This document shows positions 26,672 through 36,673 of a stretch of 64,000 nt of DNA, in pieces. Every line of letters begins with the position of its first letter. Positions within the stretch are counted from its first letter, which is position 1. The notes beneath the pieces are model-generated. The model worked only from the letters and a program-made list of their open reading frames with translations. It was not told the origin of the DNA and searched no databases. The stretch is from positions 4,000,001-4,064,000 of the forward strand of contig OZ219926.1 in the NCBI GenBank assembly GCA_964291405.2. Reading direction: 5' to 3'. Made by a program: the position numbers and the translations under genes. The DNA is from Thermodesulfobacteriota bacterium (GTDB taxonomy: Bacteria > Desulfobacterota > Binatia > Bin18).

Positions 26672-27727
26672 CTAGAGGTCGCGCACGTGCGGCAGCACAT
26701 ACTTGCCAAAACGTTCCAGCGAGCGCAGTACCTTGTCGTGTGCCATGCCACCGAAGTTGACCTCGAACAGCATATGGGTGATGCCCAGGCCTTCCTTGAT
26801 GTTCTTGATACGCTGAATACAACGCTCAGGAGTGCCAAACATCAGTCCGTCGCCTTTGTCCAGAACGTCGTAGCTGAGCTGAGAGAAGATAGCGCCGAGG
26901 CCCTTACCGTAGGCTTTGTACTCGTCCGACTGCCAGGGTTTGTCCAGACTGGCGAAGAACTTGAAATAGCGCTCCAACTCCGTTGCGGCTTCGCGCCGGG
27001 CCTGCTCGTCGTCTTCGGCGACGTACAGATGGTAAGTGCCCTGCACCTCTCTTTGCGCTGGGTCGTGTCCGTTGTCAATCAAGGTTTGGTGATACAGATC
27101 GACGCGTTCGCGGAGCGGTCCAAAGGTCGGATAGGCGAATGGGACGAGCATGATGTTATAGCCCCGCTCTCCCGTCCAGACGAAGGATTCCTGAGAAGCC
27201 ACGGCGGCCGCCCAGACGGGGGGGTGGGGTTGCTGAACCGGCTTGGGTAGCGTTTTGACGTGATCGACGGTGAAGTAGTTGCCCGTGCACGTGACCTCGT
27301 CCTGGGTCCAGGCCTGGAGGATAACATCGAGCGCCTCGTGGTAACGGCCCTGGCTTTCGTCCGGGTTGATCCCAAACAGGTCGTACTCGTGGCGCAGGAT
27401 ACCCCGGCCGATCCCAAAATCGAGCCGCCCGTCGCTGAGGACGTCCAGCATGGCATATTCCTCGGCTGTCTTGATCGGGTTGGTCAACGGCAACAAGGTC
27501 ACTGCGGTGCCGAAGCGAACGCGTTTCGTGCGCTGCGCAACAGCGGCGGCAAAAATCGGCGGAGAAGGAAAGGCATAGCCTCCGACGTAGTGCTCGGCAA
27601 ACCAGATACTGTCCATACCGATTTCTTCACACAGATCGATCTGCTCCAGCATTTCACCGTAGTAATGGCTGGACGATTTGTGGCGCTCTTCGTAATAGTC
27701 AGGAATATACAACACGCCGAATTTCAT
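26672..27727 (-). CDS. LLM class flavin-dependent oxidoreductase
   Basis: WFAEH, AEEYAMLDVLSDGRLDFGIGRG and PKPVQQPHPP. Confidence 0.92.
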   Translation of the reverse strand: MKFGVLYIPDYYEERHKSSSHYYGEMLEQIDLCEEIGMDSIWFAEHYVGGYAFPSPPIFAAAVAQRTKRVRFGTAVTLLPLTNPIKTAEEYAMLDVLSDGRLDFGIGRGILRHEYDLFGINPDESQGRYHEALDVILQAWTQDEVTCTGNYFTVDHVKTLPKPVQQPHPPVWAAAVASQESFVWTGERGYNIMLVPFAYPTFGPLRERVDLYHQTLIDNGHDPAQREVQGTYHLYVAEDDEQARREAATELERYFKFFASLDKPWQSDEYKAYGKGLGAIFSQLSYDVLDKGDGLMFGTPERCIQRIKNIKEGLGITHMLFEVNFGGMAHDKVLRSLERFGKYVLPHVRDL

Positions 27728-27743
27728 GCGATTCTCCTTCTGA

Positions 27744-28733
27744 TTACAGCTCGATCGGATAGGGTGAGAGCTCGCCGCTGTCGTATTTCTCGGGCAGACC
27801 CGCCGTTGCGTTTTCCCAGACTAGCAGCATGGCGCGCTTGGGCGAAAAGCCCTGGTGTCGAATATCAGCCGGCATGGCCGCTACATCACCGGGCTTCATG
27901 ACTACTCTGGCCCGCGGATGGCCGGTCTCTTTGTCGCTGACCTGCCAGGTGATTTGATCGCTGACCTGGATAAACCACTCGACCCGGTCGTTGCCGTGAA
28001 TGACCGGCAGGATGTGTTCCTCGGTGGTCGGGCAGAATAGGCTGTTACGGCACACGGACACCACGGAAGGGTTCCAGGTCACGTCGGAGCGGGACAGGTA
28101 TTTGAAAAGATTAAAGGCGTGGACCTCGTCCTCAAAGCCCGGCTCGGCATGAATCTCGGGTTCGTCCTGTTCGACATCGGCAAAGGCGCGGTTGACCGGA
28201 TAGCCGTTTGCGTCCGAGCGGAGCGAGGCATCGCCGGGCAGACCCGGCATGCGCCGGCAGGTCTCCCGATTGCGCTCAATGGCTGCGGTATTACTCCCGT
28301 TCTTTTTGCCGAAGACCGCGGTGCCGGTCTCCGCGGGCGCGGCAAATGGGTCAAAGCCGGCATTCGTCCAGTCGCTCAGCATGGCCTTGAAGGTGGCCAG
28401 AATCTCCGGCGTGTCAAAGGTCTCGACATAGTCGAGGCCGGAGTCATGATAGCTGTCGTTATAGCGTCCGGCGTATAACTCTACCTGCCCGTACCGATTG
28501 CGGGTGCCGAGCACGGCATCAAAATTGACCCAGCCGTAAAAAAACCCCCAGGCCACATCGCGCACCAGGGCTCTGAGGAAGGCATCGGCCGGCAGGGTGT
28601 GGGAGAGTTGCGCCTCCCTGGCTGGCCAGCGGACGGTGACGAAATACTCGTCGCGTGAAAAAGAGAACCGGCCCAGCTCAAAACGCTTATACCCGGTCTT
28701 CGTGTCGGGGGCCGAGGCTTTGACGCTGCCCAT
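27744..28733 (-). CDS. hapD: Hydroquinone 1,2-dioxygenase large subunit (HapD/PnpC2)
   Basis: FLRALVRDVAWGFFYGWVNFD, FCPTTEE.ILPVIHGNDRVEWF and MPADIRHQG cupin metal ligands. Confidence 0.9.
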   Translation of the reverse strand: MGSVKASAPDTKTGYKRFELGRFSFSRDEYFVTVRWPAREAQLSHTLPADAFLRALVRDVAWGFFYGWVNFDAVLGTRNRYGQVELYAGRYNDSYHDSGLDYVETFDTPEILATFKAMLSDWTNAGFDPFAAPAETGTAVFGKKNGSNTAAIERNRETCRRMPGLPGDASLRSDANGYPVNRAFADVEQDEPEIHAEPGFEDEVHAFNLFKYLSRSDVTWNPSVVSVCRNSLFCPTTEEHILPVIHGNDRVEWFIQVSDQITWQVSDKETGHPRARVVMKPGDVAAMPADIRHQGFSPKRAMLLVWENATAGLPEKYDSGELSPYPIEL

Positions 28734-28744
28734 CGTCTGTCTCC

Positions 28745-29245
28745 TTATGCTTCACAAATATCCGCCCATTTTTCGACCGTAAGCGGACCTTTCAGCGTTT
28801 GCAGCAGTATGACGCACGGCTGTTCGGTAAGAAACTGATAGGCCGCACCGGCCGGGAGCAGGGCTTGATGCCCGCGCCGGAGTTTCATCCAGCCCATCGG
28901 TTTGCCGACGGGCGATCTTGACAAACGCACCGACCCTTGCGTATCCGGCGACACAACGGAGGCTGGGTCGTCGAGTTTGACCAGATGGAGCTCCAGGTGT
29001 CCGTCCATCACTACCGCGAACTCATCGTGCGCCGCGGTAAACCAGTCTGAGCGGCCTTCCGCGCGCAGGACTTCGACCACGTACTCCAGGTTTTCCGCTA
29101 CAGCGATCTTTTCATACGGCTGGGCCTGAGAAGCCACCTCAAAGATATTGGAAAAGGCATAATGCCGGGCCTGGTCGTTAATGATCTCGACCCGGCCTTT
29201 CTCGTACCGCTCCAGGGAACCAAACACGGTCGTGTATTCCGACAT
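28745..29245 (-). CDS. hapC: Hydroquinone 1,2-dioxygenase small subunit (HapC/PnpC1)
   Basis: TVFGSL..YEKG.VEII, HYAFSNIFEVA, AAHDEFAVVMDG and GHQALLP. Confidence 0.9.
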   Translation of the reverse strand: MSEYTTVFGSLERYEKGRVEIINDQARHYAFSNIFEVASQAQPYEKIAVAENLEYVVEVLRAEGRSDWFTAAHDEFAVVMDGHLELHLVKLDDPASVVSPDTQGSVRLSRSPVGKPMGWMKLRRGHQALLPAGAAYQFLTEQPCVILLQTLKGPLTVEKWADICEA

Positions 29246-29296
29246 ACTGCTCCCTCCTGATACTGCCAGCTTGTTCGGCTGTGAACATAGCCTGCG

Positions 29297-30295
29297 TCAG
29301 CAGCGTTTTGCCACCTCAACCATGCGCGAGACCTTGCCCATGGCAATATCCGTTGTGCGACGGCCCAAGCCGCAGGACGGCGCGATCCACAGCCGGTCTG
29401 CTTCTACATATTTGAGCACCTCACGAATGCGCTCCTCAATCTGCGTGTTGGTTTCGACCGGAGCTTTGACATCGACAATGCCGGCAATGACCTGCATGCC
29501 TTTGGGAATATCGCGCAGACAGATCCGGTCGGCCCACTGGCCAGGGTGGGAGCATTCCAGGTGGACCTTGTCGATCACACCGGCCAGTCGCTCAATATAG
29601 GGCAGTAGCGCATGAAGATTATGGATGGTGACGGCAGACTGCGAACCGAGATCGCCCAGGCAACAGTGGATGGTTTTGAGCGTATCAACCCCTTCAAAGC
29701 TCCTGGCGATCAAATCGGCTGCCTCTTCGGGGGCGAGGCGGCCCAGGACGGAGCGGATGGCGACCGTGGGAATATCCAGTTGAATCTCCCGGACTTTGGC
29801 TACCGCGAGCCCGCGCAGCTCCCGATTCACGATCTCGATGGCCCGTGGAAGCTGAGCCCGGACCGTATCCGTCCATTTGAGGTGCCCGAGCACTTCTAAA
29901 GGACCGGGGACGGCAACTTTATCCAGGCTCGGTTCAATATGAGATTCCCGACGGAATGCCTCGACATAGCCCAGACCGCGGGGCGCGTCGATTTCGCCGG
30001 TCAGTTCGTAGCGGGCAACGTCCTTATACGTCCGTAATTCGTCGGCTTGGGGTTTCACCAGGCGGATGCCTGTGAGTTGACGGGGAATGTGCTGAATGAA
30101 GACCTCGGCGAAAAATTCGCCGCCCATGAACTGGGTCACGCCGGTCGCCTGCTGTTCGCGGATGGCCGCTTCTGCCGCGCCGCTGAGCGTCGGTTTGACG
30201 AGCATGTCGGGCAATTGTCCCCGGTGATACTGTAACAAGCGGTTACGGTAGTGTTCAGGCAGAGGCCAACTTCCTACGACCGTTGTTCGGATCAT
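29297..30295 (-). CDS. MetE C-terminal-only (cobalamin-independent methionine synthase II-like) Zn enzyme, divergent
   Basis: TTVVGSWP, GE, QLD.P, HxC (IHCC), LE, GIVDVK and APSCGL. 332 aa. Confidence 0.82.
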   Translation of the reverse strand: MIRTTVVGSWPLPEHYRNRLLQYHRGQLPDMLVKPTLSGAAEAAIREQQATGVTQFMGGEFFAEVFIQHIPRQLTGIRLVKPQADELRTYKDVARYELTGEIDAPRGLGYVEAFRRESHIEPSLDKVAVPGPLEVLGHLKWTDTVRAQLPRAIEIVNRELRGLAVAKVREIQLDIPTVAIRSVLGRLAPEEAADLIARSFEGVDTLKTIHCCLGDLGSQSAVTIHNLHALLPYIERLAGVIDKVHLECSHPGQWADRICLRDIPKGMQVIAGIVDVKAPVETNTQIEERIREVLKYVEADRLWIAPSCGLGRRTTDIAMGKVSRMVEVAKRC

Positions 30296-30483
30296 GGCAA
30301 CGATATATCCTTCTCGCTTGACACCTGACCGGCACGGGACGAGAAAAGCACGGTAGCGCACTCCTGCCCGGAACGGAAGCCGCGTTCCGCTCATCCCTGT
30401 ATCTGTCTTGACAGCAAGAGTACGATTGGTCACGGATAGGAGCGGGCAAAGCGAGATGGAAAAACAACTACACAGGAGGAAAT

Positions 30484-31389
30484 ATGATTCACGTCACAGA
30501 GTTGGGATATATGGGTGTTGGCGTCAAGGATATCGACACCTGGAAGCATTTTGCGGCTAATATCATCGGCTGGGAAATTGCGGATGAAGGTGAAGGCGAC
30601 CGCTGCTACGCGCGCATGGACTATTGGCATCATCGAATTGTCCTGCACAACGATCCAAGCGACGATCTACTCTATCTTGGCTTTCGGGTTGCCGGACCCG
30701 AAGAGTTCGGGCAGATGCAACAGCAGTTGTCCGAGGCGGATATCGCCTTCCGCGTGGGATCGTCGGACGAAGCCGCCGAGCGCCGCGTATTGGAGGTCTT
30801 GAAACTCGCCGACCCCAACGGCAATCCCGTCGAGATTTTTCATGGCCCGCAGGTGCAGTTCAGCCAGCCTTTCTATCCCGGCCGCCGCATGCACGATCGG
30901 TTCAAGACCGGCGCGGGCGGACTGGGGCACTGCATTGTCGGCCAACAGGATACGGAGGCGGCCTATCGCTTTTACCGCGCCCTGGGCATGCGCGGCAGCG
31001 TGGAATACCAGATTCACAGAGGTAAGCAGGTGATCGCGCCAGTCTTTATGCACTGCAATGAGCGTGACCACTCCGTGGCCTTTGGGATCGGCCCGTCCGA
31101 ACAGCGCCTCAACCATATTATGGTCGAGGTGAACAATCTGGACGACGTGGGCCTGACCTATGAGATCGTCCGTGAACATAAGGTGCCGGTCGCCATTACA
31201 CCGGGGAAACACTCCAACGACCACATGTATTCCTTCTATTTCCGCACGCCCTCGGGCTGGCTGATTGAGTATGGCTGGGGCGGACGGCCCGCGACCCATC
31301 AGTCCGAATACTATGTGCGCGACGTCTATGGCCATGCGCCCGAAGAGGGCGGCTTTGACGTGCAGAGTGAATCCCGCAAGGCCGGGTAA
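30484..31389 (+). CDS. Type I extradiol ring-cleavage dioxygenase (BphC/NahC/HsaC family)
   Basis: ELGYMG, RMDYWHHRI, GLGH, FMHCNERDHS, NHIMVEV, GKHSND and SFYF.TPSGW.IEYG. Confidence 0.93.
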   Translation: MIHVTELGYMGVGVKDIDTWKHFAANIIGWEIADEGEGDRCYARMDYWHHRIVLHNDPSDDLLYLGFRVAGPEEFGQMQQQLSEADIAFRVGSSDEAAERRVLEVLKLADPNGNPVEIFHGPQVQFSQPFYPGRRMHDRFKTGAGGLGHCIVGQQDTEAAYRFYRALGMRGSVEYQIHRGKQVIAPVFMHCNERDHSVAFGIGPSEQRLNHIMVEVNNLDDVGLTYEIVREHKVPVAITPGKHSNDHMYSFYFRTPSGWLIEYGWGGRPATHQSEYYVRDVYGHAPEEGGFDVQSESRKAG

Positions 31390-31415
31390 ACGTGCTGGTG
31401 TAAAGAGAGAGGAGG

Positions 31416-32387
31416 GTGAGTATGAAAATCGACGTTCACACCCATTTCTTATCCGAACGCATCGCCCGTACGCTCGAAAAACGGAATGACTTCCCCTACA
31501 CCCGGCTGGTGGACGGTACGTATCATTTTCACTGCTGTCAGGGCTTAACCATTCCCATGCTGCCTCCCTTGTACGACATGCAGACCAAGCTGGCGCATAT
31601 GGATGAGGCCGGTATTGACATCTCCATCCTGAGTCTTGCCGTGCCCGGTCCGGACCGGGTAGGGGGTGCTCAGGCCGACGATCTGGCCCGGATTGCGAAC
31701 GATCTCCTGGCCGAACTCATTGCCGCCCACCCGGACCGCTTCTGGGGCTATGCGACTTTAGGATTTGGGGAGCCTGAGGCGACGCTCAGGGAACTCGACC
31801 GCTGTATCTCGGAACTCAACTTTCGTGGCCTTCAGTTGTATTCCAATATCAACGACAAGCCGCTCGACTCTCCCGAGTTCCGTCCCGTTTTCGCGCGTAT
31901 GGCCGAACTCGGTCGGCCAATCTTTATTCACCCCACGGTGCCTTTGAATCAGCGCTATTTGATGGATCTGGTGCCGGTGCCGGTACTGGCGTTTATGGTG
32001 GATAATACGCTGGCCGCCATGCGTCTTGCCCTGTCCGGAGTGCTGTCCGACTATGCCCAGGCACCGATCATCATCCCCCACGTTGGCGCAACCGTGCCGT
32101 ATCTGATGGGGCGGCTGGACGGCATGCTGGGGGCTTTTGGTGGGGAGGACGTAGTAAAGGAGCCGAGTCGGTTTCTAAAAAAATTGTACATGGATACGGT
32201 GGCCTATGAGCCGGAACCGCTTGAGTGGTGCCTATCGATGATGGGAGCCCAGCAACTCGTGCTAGGCACGGATCATCCCTACGGCTCCTGGCAACGGCCT
32301 ATTGAGTTGGTGGAGCAACTGGCCTGCTCTGATACCGAGCGTGAGCAGATATTGCACGGGAACGTTGAACGTCTGTTTGCGGCGTGA
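31416..32387 (+). CDS. Amidohydrolase-2 family (ACMSD/LigW-like decarboxylase or hydratase)
   Basis: IDVHTH, IFIHP, IPHVG and GTDHPY. Confidence 0.88.
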   Translation: MSMKIDVHTHFLSERIARTLEKRNDFPYTRLVDGTYHFHCCQGLTIPMLPPLYDMQTKLAHMDEAGIDISILSLAVPGPDRVGGAQADDLARIANDLLAELIAAHPDRFWGYATLGFGEPEATLRELDRCISELNFRGLQLYSNINDKPLDSPEFRPVFARMAELGRPIFIHPTVPLNQRYLMDLVPVPVLAFMVDNTLAAMRLALSGVLSDYAQAPIIIPHVGATVPYLMGRLDGMLGAFGGEDVVKEPSRFLKKLYMDTVAYEPEPLEWCLSMMGAQQLVLGTDHPYGSWQRPIELVEQLACSDTEREQILHGNVERLFAA

Positions 32388-32458
32388 ACGGAAGTCTCGA
32401 TTGCGGTGAGGAGTTGCAACCGATATCACCGTACAGTTCCCCCAGACACAGGTGAACC

Positions 32459-33250
32459 ATGAATCCTAGCATCCAGTCACGCCGATTGACGCTGCACGGT
32501 GTACAACTTGACGTATATGAGCACGGACAGGGCCGTCCGATTCTCGTCCTACACGGGGAAGACGGGCCGTGTCCTCAGGCTCCGTTTTTTGCTCTGTTGG
32601 CGAATCAGGGCCGGGTGATTCTGCCGACTCATCCCGGCTTTGGTCATGCGCCCGATGTGGCCGATACCGACACGGTGGATGACCTGGCCTATCTCTATCT
32701 CGATCTGCTCGATGAGTATGATCTCCGGGAGGTGGTGGTCATCGGCTGCTCGCTCGGTGGTTGGATAGCCGCCGAAATGGCGGTCAAGTCTACGGCTCGC
32801 CTCAGCCGGCTGGTCTTGGTCGCGCCGCTCGGTATTAAGGTCGGCGACCGAGAGACGCGGGATATCCCGGATATTTTCGCCCTGCCGCCCGAAGAGGTTG
32901 TGCGGCTGCAATACCACGACCCGACCCAGGGCGTGGTTGATTACACCAGTTTGTCCGACGATGAACTCCTCGTGATTGCCCGCAATCGGGAAGCGACTGC
33001 TCTGTATGCCTGGGAACCGTATTTCCATAATCCCAAATTGCGGCAGCGTTTACACCGGATCGCTATTCCGACGCTTCTCGTCTGGGGGGCGAGTGATCGT
33101 TTTGTGACTTCCGGCTATTATGGTACGGCCTATAGTGACGCTATTCCCGGCGCGCAGCTTGCTATTATTGACCAAGCCGGACACTGGCCGCACATGGAAC
33201 AGCCGGAAGTATTCGTCGAGCGAGTCCGTACGTTTCTTGCCTCAGCATAA
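32459..33250 (+). CDS. Alpha/beta fold hydrolase
   Basis: LHG, HPGFG, GCSLGG, WGASD and AGHWPHMEQP. Confidence 0.9.
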   Translation: MNPSIQSRRLTLHGVQLDVYEHGQGRPILVLHGEDGPCPQAPFFALLANQGRVILPTHPGFGHAPDVADTDTVDDLAYLYLDLLDEYDLREVVVIGCSLGGWIAAEMAVKSTARLSRLVLVAPLGIKVGDRETRDIPDIFALPPEEVVRLQYHDPTQGVVDYTSLSDDELLVIARNREATALYAWEPYFHNPKLRQRLHRIAIPTLLVWGASDRFVTSGYYGTAYSDAIPGAQLAIIDQAGHWPHMEQPEVFVERVRTFLASA

Positions 33251-33266
33251 AAAAGGAGCCGTGTTC

Positions 33267-34421
33267 ATGCGTGCCTGGCATTTCAGTGAAAACGCCTATC
33301 ATCTGCTGCCCGATGCGAAAGAGTACGACTCGATCCGCGTCACCCTGCCGAATCGCTACTATGATCCGAAAATCGGAGCCGACCTGTACCACCGGTTTAT
33401 CGATGAATGGTTGATTGCCGAGGAGTTGGGGCTCGACATCATGGTGAACGAGCACCACCAGACCGCGACCAATCTCAACCCAGGCGGTCCCATCGTCATG
33501 GGTATCCTCGCCCGTGAAACCAAAACGGCCCGTTTGCTGATTCTCGGCAACCCGATTGCCAACCGGCGCGAGCCCGTGCGGGTGGCAGAAGAGATGGCCA
33601 TGGTCGATGTCTACTCTCGCGGACGCCTGGAGGTCGGCTTTGTGCGCGGTGTGCCGTACGAGATGTCGGCCGGCAACCATCGACCCACGCGCATGATGGA
33701 GCGCTTTTGGGAAGCGCACGACTTGATTCTCAAGGCCTGGACCAGTCACGACGGGCCGTTTAACTGGGAGGGCAAATACTTTCACCATCGTCAGGTCAAT
33801 ATCTGGCCCCGACCTTATCAGGAGCCGCATCCGCCCGTCTGGATTACGGCGCTCAGTCCGGGCTCTGCGCAGGCGGTTGGTGAGCGCGGCACTGTTGTAG
33901 CCTGCTTTTTGACCGGCTTCGACGGATCGAAACAGGTGTTTGACGCCTATCGGACGCGCCGGGCCGAACTCGGCCTCCCTCCTGCCGGCCTGGATCGTTT
34001 TGCCTATGCCGCCCTGGTGTACACGGGCGAGACAGATGAGGAAGGTTATGCCGGAGCGCGCAAGCTGATGTGGTATGTGGAGGCCAATAAGGTGCCGTTC
34101 CAGTTCACCAGCCCGCCGGGCTATCATCCGCCGGCCGCGATGGCCGGGGCGATGAAAGGACCGGCCTCGGGCGTGTTCAAGATGTTCCAGAACCCGAAGC
34201 TGGAGAGCTTTATGGAGCACGGGCTGGTCTTTGCCGGCAACCCGGACTCCGTGTACCGTCAAATCATCAAGTTTTACGAACACGTCGGCGGCTTTGGGCA
34301 AATCCTCCTGATGGGACAGGCCGGCTTCCTCGACCATCAAGAGACGGTCAAGGGCATGCAGCTCTTTGCCCGAGAAGTGTACCCACGCCTGAAAGAGCTC
34401 AACCCTGCGGTCGCGGCCTGA
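33267..34421 (+). CDS. LLM class flavin-dependent monooxygenase
   Basis: MVNEHHQT, RVAEEMAMVD..SRGRLEVGFVRG and WPRPYQEPHPP. Confidence 0.92.
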   Translation: MRAWHFSENAYHLLPDAKEYDSIRVTLPNRYYDPKIGADLYHRFIDEWLIAEELGLDIMVNEHHQTATNLNPGGPIVMGILARETKTARLLILGNPIANRREPVRVAEEMAMVDVYSRGRLEVGFVRGVPYEMSAGNHRPTRMMERFWEAHDLILKAWTSHDGPFNWEGKYFHHRQVNIWPRPYQEPHPPVWITALSPGSAQAVGERGTVVACFLTGFDGSKQVFDAYRTRRAELGLPPAGLDRFAYAALVYTGETDEEGYAGARKLMWYVEANKVPFQFTSPPGYHPPAAMAGAMKGPASGVFKMFQNPKLESFMEHGLVFAGNPDSVYRQIIKFYEHVGGFGQILLMGQAGFLDHQETVKGMQLFAREVYPRLKELNPAVAA

Positions 34422-34475
34422 CACGGAATTATGTTTCCAAAAATTTATTCCCGGCACTGCTGAAGGAGGTTGAAT

Positions 34476-34892
34476 ATGAAGATTCCGTTTTCCGGTGGCT
34501 GTGCGTGTGGTGCGATCCGCTATACCTGTACTGCTGAACCGCTCTATATGGGGAATTGCCATTGTCGGGACTGCCAACGCGCAACCGGTAGTGCCTATTT
34601 TGCGGCAGTCATTGTCAAAAAATCGGATTTTTCCCTTACGGGCGAGCTGACTTGGTTTGAAAAGCCGGCCGACCGCGGCCACACGATGGGCCGCTCGTTC
34701 TGCCCCTCCTGTGGCTCTCCTGTCCTGTTAACCAACGGGGCTGCGCCGGACTTCAGGGTTCTGTACGCGGGCAGCCTGGACGACCCGAGTTGGTATCAGC
34801 CCCAGCGGGATATTTACGTAGCCAGTGCCCAGCCGTGGGATGTGATGCACCCGGATGTACCAAAAGTGGACGGTATGCCAGAGTCGTTTTGA
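34476..34892 (+). CDS. GFA (CENP-V) family protein
   Basis: GGCACGAIRY, CHCRDCQR and FCPSCGS. Confidence 0.93.
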   Translation: MKIPFSGGCACGAIRYTCTAEPLYMGNCHCRDCQRATGSAYFAAVIVKKSDFSLTGELTWFEKPADRGHTMGRSFCPSCGSPVLLTNGAAPDFRVLYAGSLDDPSWYQPQRDIYVASAQPWDVMHPDVPKVDGMPESF

Positions 34893-34939
34893 TTGGCAGG
34901 GGTGAGTTGACCTCGCCTCTGCTACAGCCTGGCAAATAC

Positions 34940-35628
34940 ATGCCGGAATTCAGCGACAGACAGATTGTTACTTCGTGGCATACGAACGCTCGCCCTTGGG
35001 TGAAAGCCGTCCAGAACCAAGAGATTGAAAGTCGGACGCTGGTCACCGACCAGGCCATAGTCCAAGCCGTTACGAGCCTGACGCCACGGCGCGTGCTCGA
35101 CGTTGGCTGCGGAGAAGGCTGGCTGGTGCGTGCGCTTGTGGAGCGTGGAATAGAGGTTGTTGGTATTGACGTCGTGCCCGAACTGATAGCGGAAGCGCAG
35201 CGACTCGGGGGGGACGGTTTCAGGTCTGTTCCTATGAGGATGTTGCCGCCAGTCGGTTTGGGGCAGAGCGGTTCGACACGATCATCTGTAATTTTTCCTT
35301 GATTGGAAAAGAGGCGGTAGAGCATTTGCTTCACGCCCTGCCGCGCTATGTACAGCCCCAGGGCCATGTGCTCATCCAGACCCTTCACCCTGTCATGGCG
35401 TGCGGCGACCGACCCTATTGTGACGGCTGGCGGCCCGGCTCGTGGGACGGATTCGGGCCAGAGTTTACCGACCCGGCTCCCTGGTATTTTCGTACTGTGG
35501 AGTCCTGGATTCGACTCCTCCACGACAGCGGTTTCGATATCCTGGAATGCCGCGAGCCGGCCCATCCGAGGACGGGCAAGCCTGCTTCAATGATTTTCGT
35601 GAGCAAGGTGGCTGAACGGAGCGTCTAA
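34940..35628 (+). pseudogene. Class I SAM methyltransferase split at a G7 tract
   Basis: VLDVGCGEGW. G8 instead of G7 at 35207-35213 gives continuous ..GGGRFQVCSYED..FDTIICNFSLIGKE.., joining the 35299..35628 ORF. Confidence 0.8.
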
Positions 35629-35633
35629 GACGC

Positions 35634-36608
35634 TTACAGGTCACGTACGCTCGGCAGTACCTCTTCCGCAAAACGCTGCATCGCCACCTTCACATGCTCG
35701 TGGAGAACGGTCCCGCCGGGATTGAAGGAACAGATTAGGGAATCCAGCTTGGCCCGCCGCTGTACCTCTGCAATCCGGTCTATGCACTCCTGCGGGTTGC
35801 CAAAGATGGCCATCTTCTCTTCCGCGGTCTCATACGTGGTGCGCTGGCCTATCGGATGACGAGCAAAGCTGTCGGCCATCTGATTGCGCACCGTGGCACG
35901 ATCTTGAGCTGTAAAGACAAAGAAGACGGCTGAAACCTGTATGTTTGTCGCTGCCTGTTTGGCCGCCGAATTACGGTACAGACCGAGATGGGTCAGAAAA
36001 TCATCCGGCCAGGGGTGAATGGGGGCGGCCATTAACAGGCGTAAGCCGCGCCGTCCGGCAAACTCGGCCGTACTTGGACTATTGGCAGCAATATGCAGCG
36101 GCGGGCCGGGCTGCTGAAGCGGCTTGGGCACGACGTTGACGGACTCGAACTGATAGTGCCGGCCATGGTAGGTGAGTGGGGCATCGGTCCAGGCTTGTTC
36201 CAGAATATCAACCGCCTCTTCCAGTCGGGTGGTGCGTTCCTCCCACGGAATACCAAAGCCGTCGAAATTGTGATTCCACGTCCCCCGCCCGATACCGAAG
36301 TCCAGCCTGCCGCTGGTGACAATATCCACCGTCGCGGCTTCTTCGGCCACGCTGACCGGATTATGGAGTGGGAGTTGGCTGACCCCAATGCCGAGGCGGA
36401 TACGCTCGGTGCGCCCCGAGAGGGCCGCTGCAACAACCAGAGGAGCTGGCATGGTGGAAAAGCCGGCGTCAAAATGGGCCTCGGCCAGCCACGCGGAATC
36501 AAAACCCAACTGGTCCGCGTAGACAATTTGCTCGAACGTATCCCGATAGCGTTGCGGAACGGACTGCCCTGGAGCGCAGGGTAACTGATAAAAGACGCCG
36601 AATTGCAT
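35634..36608 (-). CDS. LLM class flavin-dependent oxidoreductase
   Basis: WLAEAHF, AEEAATVD..SGRLDFGIGRG and PKPLQQPGPP. Confidence 0.9.
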   Translation of the reverse strand: MQFGVFYQLPCAPGQSVPQRYRDTFEQIVYADQLGFDSAWLAEAHFDAGFSTMPAPLVVAAALSGRTERIRLGIGVSQLPLHNPVSVAEEAATVDIVTSGRLDFGIGRGTWNHNFDGFGIPWEERTTRLEEAVDILEQAWTDAPLTYHGRHYQFESVNVVPKPLQQPGPPLHIAANSPSTAEFAGRRGLRLLMAAPIHPWPDDFLTHLGLYRNSAAKQAATNIQVSAVFFVFTAQDRATVRNQMADSFARHPIGQRTTYETAEEKMAIFGNPQECIDRIAEVQRRAKLDSLICSFNPGGTVLHEHVKVAMQRFAEEVLPSVRDL

Positions 36609-36673
36609 GGACTTGTGTCCTTCCTTCGTGCTGGTCTGTGTCGGGCTGACTGCGTATGGATTGCCCATCGAAC

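Noticed and set aside
30296-30483. SAM or cobalamin riboswitch upstream of the MetE-like gene
   Set aside because: No recognisable SAM-I or B12-box consensus was found by eye. An Rfam/Infernal scan would be decisive.
33165-34682. 505-aa minus-strand ORF, and likewise 59191-60147 and 19942-20799 on the plus strand
   Set aside because: These are antisense to well-supported genes, have no motifs and are expected in GC-rich DNA.
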